DNA of 64,000 nucleotides from Octopus sinensis (GCF_006345805.1 NC_043020.1:15934001-15998000); one strand, 5' to 3'. Counted from the stretch's first letter, positions 24,801 through 36,319 are shown. A program made the numbers and translations. The notes: a model not told the origin generated them from the sequence alone.

Positions 24801-27105
24801 TCTTTTTGAAGGAATGGCAAAGGAGTCAAATCCTTCTGACTCTTTTGAAGGAATGGCAAAGGAGTCAAATCCTTCTGATTCTTTCTGAAGGAATGGCAAA
24901 GGAGTCAAATCCTTCTGATTCTTTTTGAAAGTATGGCAAAGGAGTCAAATCCTTCTGATTCTTTTTGAAAGTATGGCAAAGGAGTCAAATCCTTCTGATT
25001 CTTTTTGAAAGTATGGCAAAGGAGTCAAATCCTTCTGATTCTTTCTGAAGGAATGGCAAAGGAGTCAAATCCTTCTGGTTCTTTTTGAAAGTATGGCAAA
25101 GGAGTCAAATCCTTCTGATTCTTTTTGAAAGTATGGCAAAGGTGTCAAATCCTTCTGATTCTTTCTGAAGGAATGGCAAAGGAGTCAAATCCTTCTGACT
25201 CTTTTTGAAGGAATGGCAAAGGAGTCAAATCCTTCTGACTCTTTCTGAAGGAATGGCAAAGGAGTCAAATCCTTCTGACTCTTTCTGTAGGTATGGCAAA
25301 GGAGTCAAATCCTTCTGACTCTTTCTGTAGGTATGGCAAAGGTGTCAAATCCTTCTGATTCTTTCTGAAGGAATGGCAAAGGAGTCAAATCCTTCTGACT
25401 CTTTTTGAAGGAATGGCAAAGGAGTCAAATCCTTCTGACTCTTTCTGTAGGTATGGCAAAGGTGTCAAATCCTTCTGATTCTTTCTGAAGGAATGGCAAA
25501 GGAGTCAAATCCTTCTGACTCTTTTTGAAGGAATGGCAAAGGAGTCAAATCCTTCTGACTCCTTTTGAAGGAATGGCAAAGGAGTCAAATCCTTCTGATT
25601 CTCTCTGAAGGGATGGCAAAGGAGTCAAATCCTTCTGATTCTTTCTGAAGGAATGGCAAAGGAGTCAAATCCTTCTGATTCTTTTTGAAAGTATGGCAAA
25701 GGAGTCAAATCCTTCTGATTCTTTTTGAAAGCATGGCAAAGGAGTCAAATCCTTCTGATTCTTTTTGAAAGTATGTCAAAGGAGTCAGATCCTTCTGATT
25801 CTTTTTGAAAGTATGGCAAAGGAGTCAAATCCTTCTGATTCTTTCTGAAGGATGGCAAAGGAGTCAAATCCTTCTGGTTCTTTTTGAAGTATGGCAAAGG
25901 AGTCAAATCCTTCTGATTCTTTTGGAAAGTATGGCAAAGTGTCAAATCCTTCTGATTCTTTCTGAAGGAATGGCAAAGGAGTCAAATCCTTCTGACTCTT
26001 TTTGAAGGATGGCAAAGGAGTCAAATCCTTCTGACTCTTTTGAAGGAATGGCAAAGGAGTCAAATCCTTCTGACTCTTTTTGAAGGAATGGCAAAGGAGT
26101 CAAATCCTTCTGACTCTTTCTGTAGGTATGGCAAAGGTGTCAAATCCGTCTGATTCTTTCTGAAGGAATGGCAAAGGAGTCAAATCCTTCTGACTCTTTT
26201 TGAAGGAATGGCAAAGGAGTCAAATCCTTCTGACTCCTTTTGAAGGAATGGCAAAGGAGTCAAATCCTTCTGATTCTTTCTGAAGGAATGGCAAAGGAGT
26301 CAAATCCTTCTGATTCTTTTTGAAAGTATGGCAAAGGAGTCAAATCCTTCTGACTCTTTTTGAAGGTATGGCAAGGAGTCAAATCCTTCTGATTCTTTTT
26401 GAAAGTATGGCAAAGGAGTCAAATCCTTCTGATTCTTTTTGAAAGTATGGCAAAGGAGTCAAATCCTTCTGATTCTTTCTGAAGGAATGGCAAAGGAGTC
26501 AAATCCTTCTGGTTCTTTTTGAAAGTATGGCAAAGGAGTCAAATCCTTCTGATTCTTTTTGAAAGTATCGCAAAGGAGTCAAATCCTTCTGATTCTTTCT
26601 GAAGGTATGGCAAAGGAGTCAAGTCCTTCTGACTCTTTTTGAAGGAATGGCAAAGGAGTCAAATCCTTCTGACTCTTTCTGTAGGTATGGCAAAGGAGTC
26701 AAATCCTTCTGACTCTTTTTGAAGGAATGGCAAAGGAGTCAAATCCTTCTGATTCTTTTTGAAGGAATGGCAAAGGAGTCAAATCCTTCTGATTCTTTTT
26801 GAAGGTACGGCAAAGGAGTCAAATCCTTCTGATTCTTTCTGAAGTATGGCAAAGGAGTCAAATCCTTCTGACTCTTTTTGAAGGAATGGCAAAGGAGTCA
26901 AATCCTTCTGATTCTTTTTGAAGGAATGGCAAAGGAGTCAAATCCTTCTGATTCTTTTTGAAGGTATGGCAAGGGAGTCAAATCCTTCTGATTCTTTCTG
27001 AAGGAATGGCAAAGGAGTCAAATCCTTCTGATTCTTTTTGAAGGTATGGCAAGGGAGTCAAATCCTTCTGACTCTTTCTGAAGGAATGGCAAAGGAGTCA
27101 AATCC
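9829..27105. repeat. 40-bp satellite array (~430 units), consensus GGCAAAGGAGTCAAATCCTTCTGA(C/T)TCTTT(C/T)TGAAGG(T/A)AT
   Basis: Continuous head-to-tail 40-bp periodicity with point variants and occasional 1-bp deletions; no unique spacers. Confidence 0.99.
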
Positions 27106-27235
27106 AGCTGCAAAACATTACCTTCCAACAGCGACCCTCACCAGCCAAGGACTGACTGACCACAGTCTCCAGCAGCTTCACATAGTCATCTGAATTGAGC
27201 CTAAGGCCCTGTTCAAAGACGTGGAGCCAAATTCC
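27106..27235 (-). pseudogene. Same Tc1/mariner transposase, segment upstream of the second catalytic Asp
   Basis: Minus strand, with frameshifts, reads (P)HVFEQGLRLNSDDYVKLLETVV..WLVRVAVGR.(Y)VLQLD, running into the first satellite unit (D-L-T-P..CHT). Confidence 0.85.
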
Positions 27236-27340
27236 CGTGTGCAGACATAGTCAGAATCCCTTTCTGCTGGCTGCAGCCTTGTGCTCTCTGTTGCAACTGC
27301 CTGTGTCCCATCTTACAGCTTTTACAGCATTCACAGAGCA

Positions 27341-27946
27341 TTAACCCTTTCAATACCAACCCGGCTGAAACCGTCTGTGGCTCTGTAGTACAAATGTTTT
27401 GTTTTCATAAGTTTTGAATTAAAATCTTCCATTAAACCTTAGTCACAATTATTGTTCTAAACACTAGCTGAATGATAACGAAGTTCATCATCATCATCAT
27501 CATCGTTTAACGTCCGTTCTCCATGCTAGCATGGGTTGGACAGTTTGACCGGGGATCTGGGGAGCCAGAAGGCTGCACCAGGCTCCAGTCATATCTGGCA
27601 ATGTTTCTACAGCTGGATGCCCTTCCTAGTGTAGTGCGTGCTTTTTACGTGCCACCCCCACAGGTGCCAGGTGAGGCTGGCAACAGCCACGGTCGGATTG
27701 GTGCAATTTACGTGCCACTGGCACGGAAGCCAGTCGAGGCGGCGCTGGCATCGGCCACGATTCGGATAGTGCTTTTTACATACCACCAGTCCAGGGGTCC
27801 TGGCATCTGCCGGGTGCCAGTCATAGGATTGGTTCAATTTCGATTTTGATTTCACTTGTTATTTTACTAAATTCTTTGTTACATTTAAAATTAATTGAAA
27901 GAAACACAGAGTCTCTCAACAGAAACATGGTAACAAAAGTGTTAAA
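27341..27946 (+). mobile_element. piggyBac-like MITE interrupted by a family C SINE (27486-27857)
   Basis: ttaaccctttcaatacc... start; sequence resumes after the SINE with ttattttactaaattctttg...gtgttaa; an uninterrupted sister copy lies at 28014-28240. Confidence 0.7.
27486..27857 (-). mobile_element. SINE-like family C
   Basis: (cat)n cgtttaacgtccgttctccatgctagcatgggttgga...gctggatgcccttcc...ttttacgtgccac repeats. Confidence 0.85.
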
Positions 27947-28013
27947 ACAGATGTAAAAATGAATGATACATAAATATGAAGACACCTTGGGCCACTGCTA
28001 GTTCTTCCCGTCT

Positions 28014-28240
28014 TAACCATTTTGATACCAACCCACCTGAAACCACCTCTGGTTCTGTAGTACTAATGTCTTGTTTTCAAAAGTTCTGAATTATAATCTT
28101 CCACCAAACCTTAGTCACAATTTATGTTCCTAACACTAGCTTAATGATAACTAAGTTATTTTACTAAATTCTTTGTTATATTTAAAGTTACTAAAAGAAA
28201 CACAGAGCATCTCAAAATAAATACAGTAATGAAAGGGTTA
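28014..28240 (+). mobile_element. piggyBac-like MITE
   Basis: ttaaccattttgatacc...gtaatgaaagggttaa; TTAA at both ends; homologous to 27341-27946. Confidence 0.7.
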
Positions 28241-28446
28241 AGCAGCAGTCATGATGTAGGCATTTTACCTGGTGCAAATCATCATGATACAGATGATTCT
28301 TTTCTAGTCTTCAGATAGCTTCTAGTCCTCCATGTCAGCTAACTTGTTCTCAACTACAACTTTAATCATTATGCTCTTCAACACCATCAACTGTTCAGCA
28401 TTATATTAAGCTATTCCCCAAAACGGTGGCATTAAAAAATCATGAA

Positions 28447-28667
28447 ATTTACCCCAAACACCCTTACTCTTTTATTTGTTTCAGTCATTTGATTGTGGCC
28501 ATGCTGGAGCACCACCTTTAATCGAGCAACTCGACCCCGGCACTTATTCTTTGTAAGCCCAGTACTAATTCTATCGGTCTGTTTTGCTGAACCGCTAAGT
28601 GACAGGGACATAAACACACCAGCATCGGTTGTTAAGCAATGCTAGGGAGACAAACACAGACACACAA

Positions 28668-28702
<35 letters not shown>

Positions 28703-28858
28703 CATATATACGATAGGCTTCTTTCAGTTTCCGTCTACCAAATCCACTCACAAGGCTTTGGTCAGCCCGAGGCTATAGAAGAAGACACTTGCCCAAGGTG
28801 CCACGCAGTGGGACTGAACCCGGAACCATGTGGTTGGTAAACAAGCTACTTACCACGT
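28447..28858 (-). mobile_element. SINE family A
   Basis: Reverse complement of the family A consensus. Confidence 0.9.
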
Positions 28859-29534
28859 GGTAAAATACTTTTCTCCATTACCATTAAAAAGAAAATCAAT
28901 CAAATGTTTTCCTCACTTATAACCCCACAACTGTCACTTTAAAGTATACATGAGAAGTTCTCCATCATTTCTGATTTCATTGTGCATCACAGATTAAAGT
29001 CTTTCAGATACCAACTTGTTTTTCATACCACCTCTGGTTCAATAATATAAACTTCTTGATTTAAAGTGATCTAATTAAAAATGTACAATCAAAATTTCAT
29101 ACTAATTTATTCTCCAAACATTAGCATAACGACAAAATTATTTGATTACATTCTTCATTATTTTCAAAATTAATTAAAATTCATTATACACTTGAAAGAA
29201 ATTTTTAGCTGTGTAAGTTACAAAGTAGTCTCACTAGCATTGGTTCTACAATAAAAGCACCCAGTACACCTCAGTACAGTCAGTAAAGTGGTTGTTGTTA
29301 TGAAGAGCATCCAGCTGTAGAAACCAAGAACCATGTGGTTGGGAAGCAAGTTTCTTACCACATGGCCATGTGGTGGAATTCTTTATCCTTTTTTTTTTTT
29401 TTCTGTATTGTTTCTGACAGTTGGATACACTGCAACATGCCTTGAACAACAGGGCTCAATACAGACTGATTCAGAGAAAGTAAAGTTTGAATGTTCCATC
29501 GTGTGTGGACAGCAGTCTAGCATCTTAACCTTAC

Positions 29535-29608
29535 AGCCATGATTAAAAATAGAGTTCCTGTCTATTGCAAAGACGAACATTTCATGAGAGATGTAACTGA
29601 AGATGCAA
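29535..29608 (-). CDS. Coding exon of unidentified membrane protein gene (CIFSYISHEMFVFAIDRNSIFNHG)
   Basis: Acceptor tatttttatctag|T, donor T|gtaagg; only one frame is open and it is in phase with exon 30128-30184. The frame could also read through to a stop at 29383. Confidence 0.6.
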
Positions 29609-30127
29609 CTAGATAAAAATATTTATTATCGAGTGTCTGCTATTTCTGGATTATTTCGATAATGTTCATCACCGTAATCATGAATATATCACACAAAAAC
29701 ACACAAGAAAAAAAAAGAAGAGATTCATATATTTTATTTCATTTCTAATCTACTAGTAGTTTATATTTGGAATTATACAAAGATATAAACATACTATGTT
29801 AGTATTTGCTTGAATTCTTTGTTTCATTGTTTTTGTGTCGGCTTCAAATCAATAAGAATCGGTCTACTGAGAGAAAGGAATAAAAAAACAAAACAAAAAA
29901 AAAAAAAACTGAAGAATTAGCGAACATCCTGTCATAATGTTTATCAAAGAAGTACAGGGGGAGTTTTAAAAAGTGGATCTATTTCAGAGAATTACCAGCA
30001 TCACCAATGCCACCTTGATTATCGATACTAATACCAGTACCACCAAAACCACTAGTACCAACACCACCACCACCAACAACAACAACAACAGCATTAACGC
30101 CAACACCATCACTGTTCACACACTCAC

Positions 30128-30184
30128 AGTAACCAGACCATTCCACAGACAATATATCCAGTTGGCACATGACCAATCAGCTTC
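30128..30184 (-). CDS. Coding exon (KLIGHVPTGYIVCGMVWL)
   Basis: aattttag|G ... CT|gtgagt; phase 2-2, joining exons 32038-32128 and 29535-29608. Confidence 0.65.
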
Positions 30185-30289
30185 CTAAAATTAGGATGCT
30201 AAAGTTTTGAAAGAAGATTGGAATGGAAATTATCATTTTCCGCACTATTAACCTCATAATTATATTGTATATTTATATCTACTTTATGT

Positions 30290-30591
30290 TGTGTTTGTCT
30301 ATGAATATGGGTGGGTATATGTGTGTATATGCACACACATATACATACATACATATCTATACCTACACACATGCACATACATACATATGTATACCTACAC
30401 ACATGAACATACATACATATGTATACCTACACACATGAACATACATACATATATACCTACACACATGAACATACATACATATATATACCTACACACATGA
30501 ACATACATACATATATATACCTACACACATGAACATACATATATATACCTACACACATGAACATACATACATATATATACCTACACACATG

Positions 30592-30658
<67 letters not shown>

Positions 30659-30681
30659 ACACACATGAACATACATACATA

Positions 30682-30728
<47 letters not shown>

Positions 30729-31085
30729 ATATATACACACATATACATATATATGTGTGTGTGCTTACATAAGCATTCCTACACATATATAAACACAGAA
30801 ATACATATATATACACATACATACATGTGTATACATATACACACATATACATATATATATACATATACACACATATACATATATATATACACATACACAC
30901 ATATACATATATATATACACATACACACATATAGATATATATATATACACATACACACATATACATATATATATATACACATACACACATATACATATAT
31001 ATATATACACATACACACATATACATATATATATATACACATACACACATATACATATATATACTTTGATACTTTGATACTTTGA
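30290..31085. repeat. Compound microsatellite-derived minisatellites (~26-36 bp units)
   Basis: Units such as atatacctacacacatgaacatacatac and acacatacacacatatacatatatatatat. Confidence 0.9.
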
Positions 31086-31395
31086 TAGGTTTCGGCCATT
31101 ATTGGCCCAGGCCATGTCTAACTTAATAGCACCACCTGGTGAAGTCTTTCAAGTCAGAATTTGGGCACTATGGCCCACTCAAGTAGAGAGTTATTGTTTA
31201 CAGAGACATATCCGGGTGTAGGGGGTTTATCCGGGATTTCTTGAAGGAATCTGTCCAAAGACTTCTTGAACCCTATAGGGTCAGTTTCTGTTTTAATGTG
31301 TTTTGGTGTAATGTTAAAGAGAGCGGGGCCAATTGAGGTGAAATAATTGTGCCGTATTGTTGTTATGAGATGAGAGTGCGATTTTTGTTTTGGTA
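31066..31395 (-). mobile_element. 5'-truncated CR1-like LINE 3' end
   Basis: ...NYFTSIGPALFNITPKHIKTETDPIGFKKSLDRFLQEIPDKPPTPGYVSVNNNSLLEW; short UTR and (ATCAAAGT)n tail. Confidence 0.8.
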
Positions 31396-32037
31396 TATAT
31401 ATATACACATACACACATATACATATATATATATATATACACATACACACATATATATATATATACACATACACACATATAGATATATATATATATACAC
31501 ATACACACATATAGATATATATATATATACACATACACACATATAGATATATATATATACACATACACACATATAGATATATATATATACACATACACAC
31601 ATATAGATATATATATATACACATACACACATATAGATATATATATATATACACATACACACATATACATATATCAACCCATGCTAGCATGGAAAACGGA
31701 CGCTAAACGATGATGATGATGATGATGATGATAACACACATATACATATATATATATACACATACACACGCATATATATATACACATATATATATATATA
31801 TATACATATATACACACATATATACACACATATATATATGTATATATACATACATGCACATATACATACATACAGATATACATACATATACATATATATG
31901 TGTGTGTGCATGTATACACAGACAGGTACACACACACATACATACAGAAAGATACATAAATAGATAGATAGATAGATAGATAAATAGACTGATAGATAGA
32001 CACACACACATACACATACATGTATGTCTAAACTTAC

Positions 32038-32128
32038 ATGTTATAATACCTTGATTGGTGCTCTAGGTTCACTCCTAGGCATACAGAACTAAACAAAACA
32101 GCACTACACAAGGTCATTACCACATAGC
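32038..32128 (-). CDS. Coding exon (GYVVMTLCSAVLFSSVCLGVNLEHQSRYYNM)
   Basis: tatctttag|GC ... AT|gtaagt; 91 nt, the only open frame, phase 1-2. Confidence 0.65.
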
Positions 32129-32276
32129 CTAAAGATACACATTATGATAAACTATATTTAACAGTGAAACAATTCATATGAATGAGATAAACACTGGCAA
32201 ATGATTGTGAAAATCCCGGAGACTCACTGTTGCACTTCCCATGCACTTAATAACTTCAGATAACCTCACAGTTATA

Positions 32277-32465
32277 GGCGCAGGAGTGGCTGTGTGGTAA
32301 GTAGCTTGCTAACCAACCACATGGTTCTGGGTTCAGTCCCACAGTGTGGCATCTTGGGCAAGTGTCTTCTGCTATAGCCCCGGGCCGACCAATGCCTTGG
32401 GAGTGGATTTGGTAGACGGAAACTGAAAGAAGCCTGTCGTATATATGTGTATATATATATATATA

Positions 32466-32499
<34 letters not shown>

Positions 32500-32694
32500 C
32501 TGTGTTTGTCCCCCTAGCATTGCTTGACAACTGATGCTGGTGTGTTTACGTCCCCGTCACTTAGCGGTTCGACAAAAGAGACTGATAGAATAAGTACTGC
32601 GCTTACAAAGAATAAGTCCCAGGGTCGATTTGCCCGACTAAAGGCGGTGCTCCAGCATGGCCGCAGTCAAATGACTGAAACAAGTAAGAGTAAG
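32277..32694 (+). mobile_element. SINE family A, full length with 7-bp TSD (agttata)
   Basis: agttata at 32270-32276 and 32695-32701 flanks ggcgcaggagtggctgtgtgg...caagtaagagtaag. Confidence 0.9.
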
Positions 32695-32789
32695 AGTTAT
32701 ATTCTTTACAAAATTTGGCGGCACACCTGAACTAAAAATATAGGGAAAACATTCTATTCAGATTACACTGTAGCATACCTATTTCTTAC

Positions 32790-33228
32790 TACCCACAAGG
32801 GGCTAAACACAGAGAGGACAAACAAGGACAGACACACGGATTAAGTCGATTACATCGACCCCAGTGCGTAACTGGTACTTAATTTATCGACCCCGAAAGG
32901 ATGAAAGCCAAAGTCGTCCTCGGCGGAATTTGAAACCAGAACATAACGGCAGACGAAATACGGCTACGCATTTCGCCCGGTGTGCTAACGTTTCTTATTT
33001 CATTATTGCCCACAAGGGGCTAAACATAGAGGGGACAAACAAGGACAGACACACGGATTAAGTCGATTACATCGACCCCAGTGCATAACTGGTACTTAAT
33101 TTATCGACCCCGAAAGGATGAAAGGCAAAGTCGACCTCGGCGGAATTTGCACTCAGAACGTAGCGACGGGCAAAATACCGTGAAGCACTTCGCCCGGCGT
33201 GATAACGTCTCTGCCAGCTCGCCGCCTT
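32790..33228 (-). mobile_element. Two tandem SINE family B copies
   Basis: cccacaaggggctaaaca...cgacccc...ggcggaattt...ttcgcccgg occurs twice head-to-tail. Confidence 0.85.
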
Positions 33229-33242
33229 CCACTGTAACATAC

Positions 33243-33300
33243 CTATCATCATATTGTAGCACAGCAGTGTGCTGTGGCATACTAATTGTGGAACACTGAT
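33243..33300 (-). CDS. Coding exon (ISVPQLVCHSTLLCYNMMI)
   Basis: taactttag|ATC ... G|gtatgt; 58 nt, phase 0-1, joins 32038-32128 in frame. Confidence 0.6.
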
Positions 33301-33409
33301 CTAAAGTTATATATGATGAAATGAGTAAATCCTTAAAATCCTTTAAAATGTTTCAGCAAGAAAGCTGCAGTCATGCTGGGGCACCACCGTTGATTGTGCT
33401 ACACTAATA

Positions 33410-33790
33410 TGTGAAACCCCCTCTGATACGAGGCACTTGGTCAACAAGGGAGTTTGATGCCACTGCCCGCATCTGTGTTTCCTGCCGAGAAGTAGGTTCA
33501 TCTGGAACCCCTGACAAGAAGAGATTGAGTTTAGTTTTAAAGAAATCCACATCCACACCATGCGGGTCTCTCAGGCATTTAGGAAGGATATTGAAGAGCT
33601 GTGGTCCCCTGAAACCCAAGCTGTTGCAATATCTGGTCCTGTATTTTGATGGTGATGTTGGGATCTTTGGCACCATGCAGTGGCACCCTGTTCTGCTGTT
33701 GGGGTAACTTTCAATGCCAAAATTTGGGACAAGGCCCTCCAGGATTTTCCAGATGTATATCACTGCACATCTCTCCTGCCTCAATTCTAA
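33410..33790 (-). mobile_element. CR1-like LINE ORF2 C-terminal fragment
   Basis: RQERCAVIYIWKILEGLVPN...SLGFRGPQLFNILP...FKTKLNLFLSGVPDEP...SNSLVDQ, typical of the CR1-clade ORF2 C-terminus. Confidence 0.85.
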
Positions 33791-34579
33791 TAGTCACTGT
33801 TTCCATCATCATGTTTTTAAAGTCTAATTTTCCCTGTTCACATCATGGGTCAGACAGAATTTTTGTTGAGGCAGATTTTCCAGTTAGATGCCCTTCCTGA
33901 CACCAACCCTGACCAGATTCCAAGTAATTTCATATTTCCCCATTACCGGATATGTTTCCATGGAAGATTTTGAATGAAGAACAACACTTGCCTAACTGAT
34001 GTTTGTTTACAGCTATCATGCAATATCAAGGCAAGCAGAAAGAGATACACATGCATGCATGCACATACACATACATGTAAGTACACAGATGCAAAACAAA
34101 GAAAGAAAACAGTACTCAAATACCAATGGTAGAGTGAAATACTATTTTGTTTAAGCTGAAAAAACTTCACAAATAAGTTGTGAAATTTTGTTCAGCTTTA
34201 ATCACACACACAACAGGCTTCTTTCACTTTCTGTCTACCAAATCTACTCACGAGGCTTTTGTCTCTGTAAGATTATAAAATAAGTTAACCCTTTAACGCA
34301 ATGTTTCTCAACCATTTTTCTACCTAGGCACTCCCTTTGATTCTTATTTTACTTGAGTAGACCTTCATAGGCATTCAATGTTTAAAAAATCCTATTATAT
34401 TTTTAGAATTAAATAGAAATTGCATTAAAAAATTGGTAAAATATTTTGTGAATTATAGAAGTACAACCAATTTATTGCACATAATCGCTTGATCTGGCAG
34501 TTCCAGCAGCTGTAGCAGATAATTCTCATTTGTCAGTGAGAGGTCTTCTCAGAATAAATAACACAGTATTCTGTGTTCC

Positions 34580-35250
34580 GTGGATATGCAGGTATTTTGA
34601 AAATACCTCACAGAATCACAAACGTGTCCTGCATAGTTACAGGCTGCCCTTTGGCAAGCCAACATACCCTTCAGCCACCCTGCCAGGGATACAGAAAAAT
34701 CATGGGACTGCAGCATGAGGGATTGTGAAGGGTAGCAGAAGGGCTCAACTAATCCAATAGTGCTTCTTACACTGATATTGGGTGGAGGAGCTGGCAGAAA
34801 TGGCGGCGAGCTGGCAGAACCGTTAGCACACCGGGCGAAATGTGTAGCCGTATTTCGTCTGCCGTTACGTTCTGAGTTCAAATCCCGCCGAACACGACTT
34901 TGCCTTTCATCCTTTCGGGGTCGATAACTTAAGTACCAGTTACGCACTGGGGTCGATGTAATCGACTCAATCCGTTAGTCTGTCCTTGTTTGTCCCCTCT
35001 GTGTTTAGCCCCTTGTGGGTAATAAAGAAACAGATATTGGGTGGAGGAATCCTAGAAGACCAAAGGTTAGGATCACCAAGCTCTATCAAGAGAGTAACTG
35101 CAATGGATCCATAGGGGTGGTTATCAAAGGTTGTGAAAATCAGCTTATGAAGGGTTCACTATCACTCAAGCTCTCAATTCAAGTTCATAATGGACTTGGA
35201 TGGCAACAGAGAGTTCTGAGAATCTGCAACAGCAGTGAAAACAAAACATC
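34580..35250 (+). repeat. Unclassified dispersed repeat split by a SINE B insertion
   Basis: Homologous to 2340-2830 (inverted); colinear across the SINE. Confidence 0.7.
34790..35032 (+). mobile_element. SINE family B with 16-bp TSD (gatattgggtggagga)
   Basis: TSD at 34774-34789 and 35033-35048; CpG-intact, probably young copy. Confidence 0.9.
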
Positions 35251-35427
35251 TGTGTTCTAAAACAACATTCATATAAAAAGTTAGATTAAAAAACTGCCAT
35301 TTGATATTAATACTGCCTCGTCATTATTAATTTTATATATCTATCTACCTACATATATAATACTGTATCTGTCACTATAAGCTCCTTCTATAAAATAAAT
35401 TAATTTACTCTGCAATGTATTGAGTAC

Positions 35428-35464
35428 CTTATTTACTGTGGTTAACTCCAACTCAACCCGGGAC
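35428..35464 (-). CDS. Candidate coding exon ([12 protein letters not shown])
   Basis: atatgtag|G ... AAG|gtactc; the only open frame, phase 2-0, joins 33243-33300. Confidence 0.45.
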
Positions 35465-35539
35465 CTACATATATATATATATATACATATATGGTTCTAT
35501 ATAGACACAAAAATCCATATTTCTATACAAGAACAAATT

Positions 35540-35570
<31 letters not shown>

Positions 35571-35795
35571 ATGTATATGTATATATATACATATGTATGT
35601 ATATATATATGTATGTATACATATATATGTGTGTGTGTAAATATATATATATAAACATATATATATGCGTGTGCATATATATATACATACATATATATGT
35701 GTGTGTGTGTATGTATATTTACATATATATATGTGTGTGTATATGTATATATACATATATATATGTGTGTGTATATGTATATATACATATACATA

Positions 35796-35882
<87 letters not shown>

Positions 35883-35959
35883 ATATATACATACATATAA
35901 GAGGGATGGCTACTATGTAGACATCCATTATGCTAGAAGTAGATCTGCTATGGTCTTAC

Positions 35960-36272
35960 CACCAAGAAAGAAATCTAAATTTACATATATATACATAAAT
36001 ATGTATGTATATATATATACGTGTGTGTGTGTATATATATATGTATGTGTGTATATATATATATACATATATATATGTGCGTGCATATATATATATATAC
36101 ACACATGCACACACACACATATATATATATGTATGTATATACACACACACATATATATTAATTTTATATATATATATATATATGTGTGTGTGTATATATA
36201 TACATATATATGTCTGTGTATATATATACATACATGTATGTGTGTGTGTATATATATATATACATACATATA

Positions 36273-36319
<47 letters not shown>

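Noticed and set aside
11020-26063. Satellite ORFs (MTPLPYLQKESEGFDSFAIPSERVRRI etc.) as a repetitive protein
   Set aside because: The 40-bp unit is not a multiple of 3, so a stop occurs within about three units. Longer ORFs arise only where 1-bp deletions shift frame.
9829-27105. CRISPR array
   Set aside because: Units are contiguous with no unique spacers, the context is eukaryotic, and there are no cas genes.
29421-29542. Plus-strand terminal exon (GYTATCLEQQGSIQTDSEKVKFECSIVCGQQSSILTLQP*) after a T-rich tract
   Set aside because: No upstream plus-strand partner exons were found, whereas the minus-strand exon chain explains this region.
30128-32128. SLC26 transporter, from YNMKLIGHVPTG resembling YNVxIVGxIPTG
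   Set aside because: The following residues are hydrophobic (YIVCGMVWLL) rather than the Pro-rich LPxPxxP expected, and no other SLC26 motifs were seen.
32228-32726. Apparent 74-nt exon (GVPPNFVKNITVRLSEVIKCMGSAT) split by the SINE at 32277-32694
   Set aside because: It has good AG/GT sites once the SINE is removed, but it is phase 1-0 and would frameshift the otherwise consistent 33243-to-32128 splice. Probably chance or a dead cassette; RNA-seq could revisit it.
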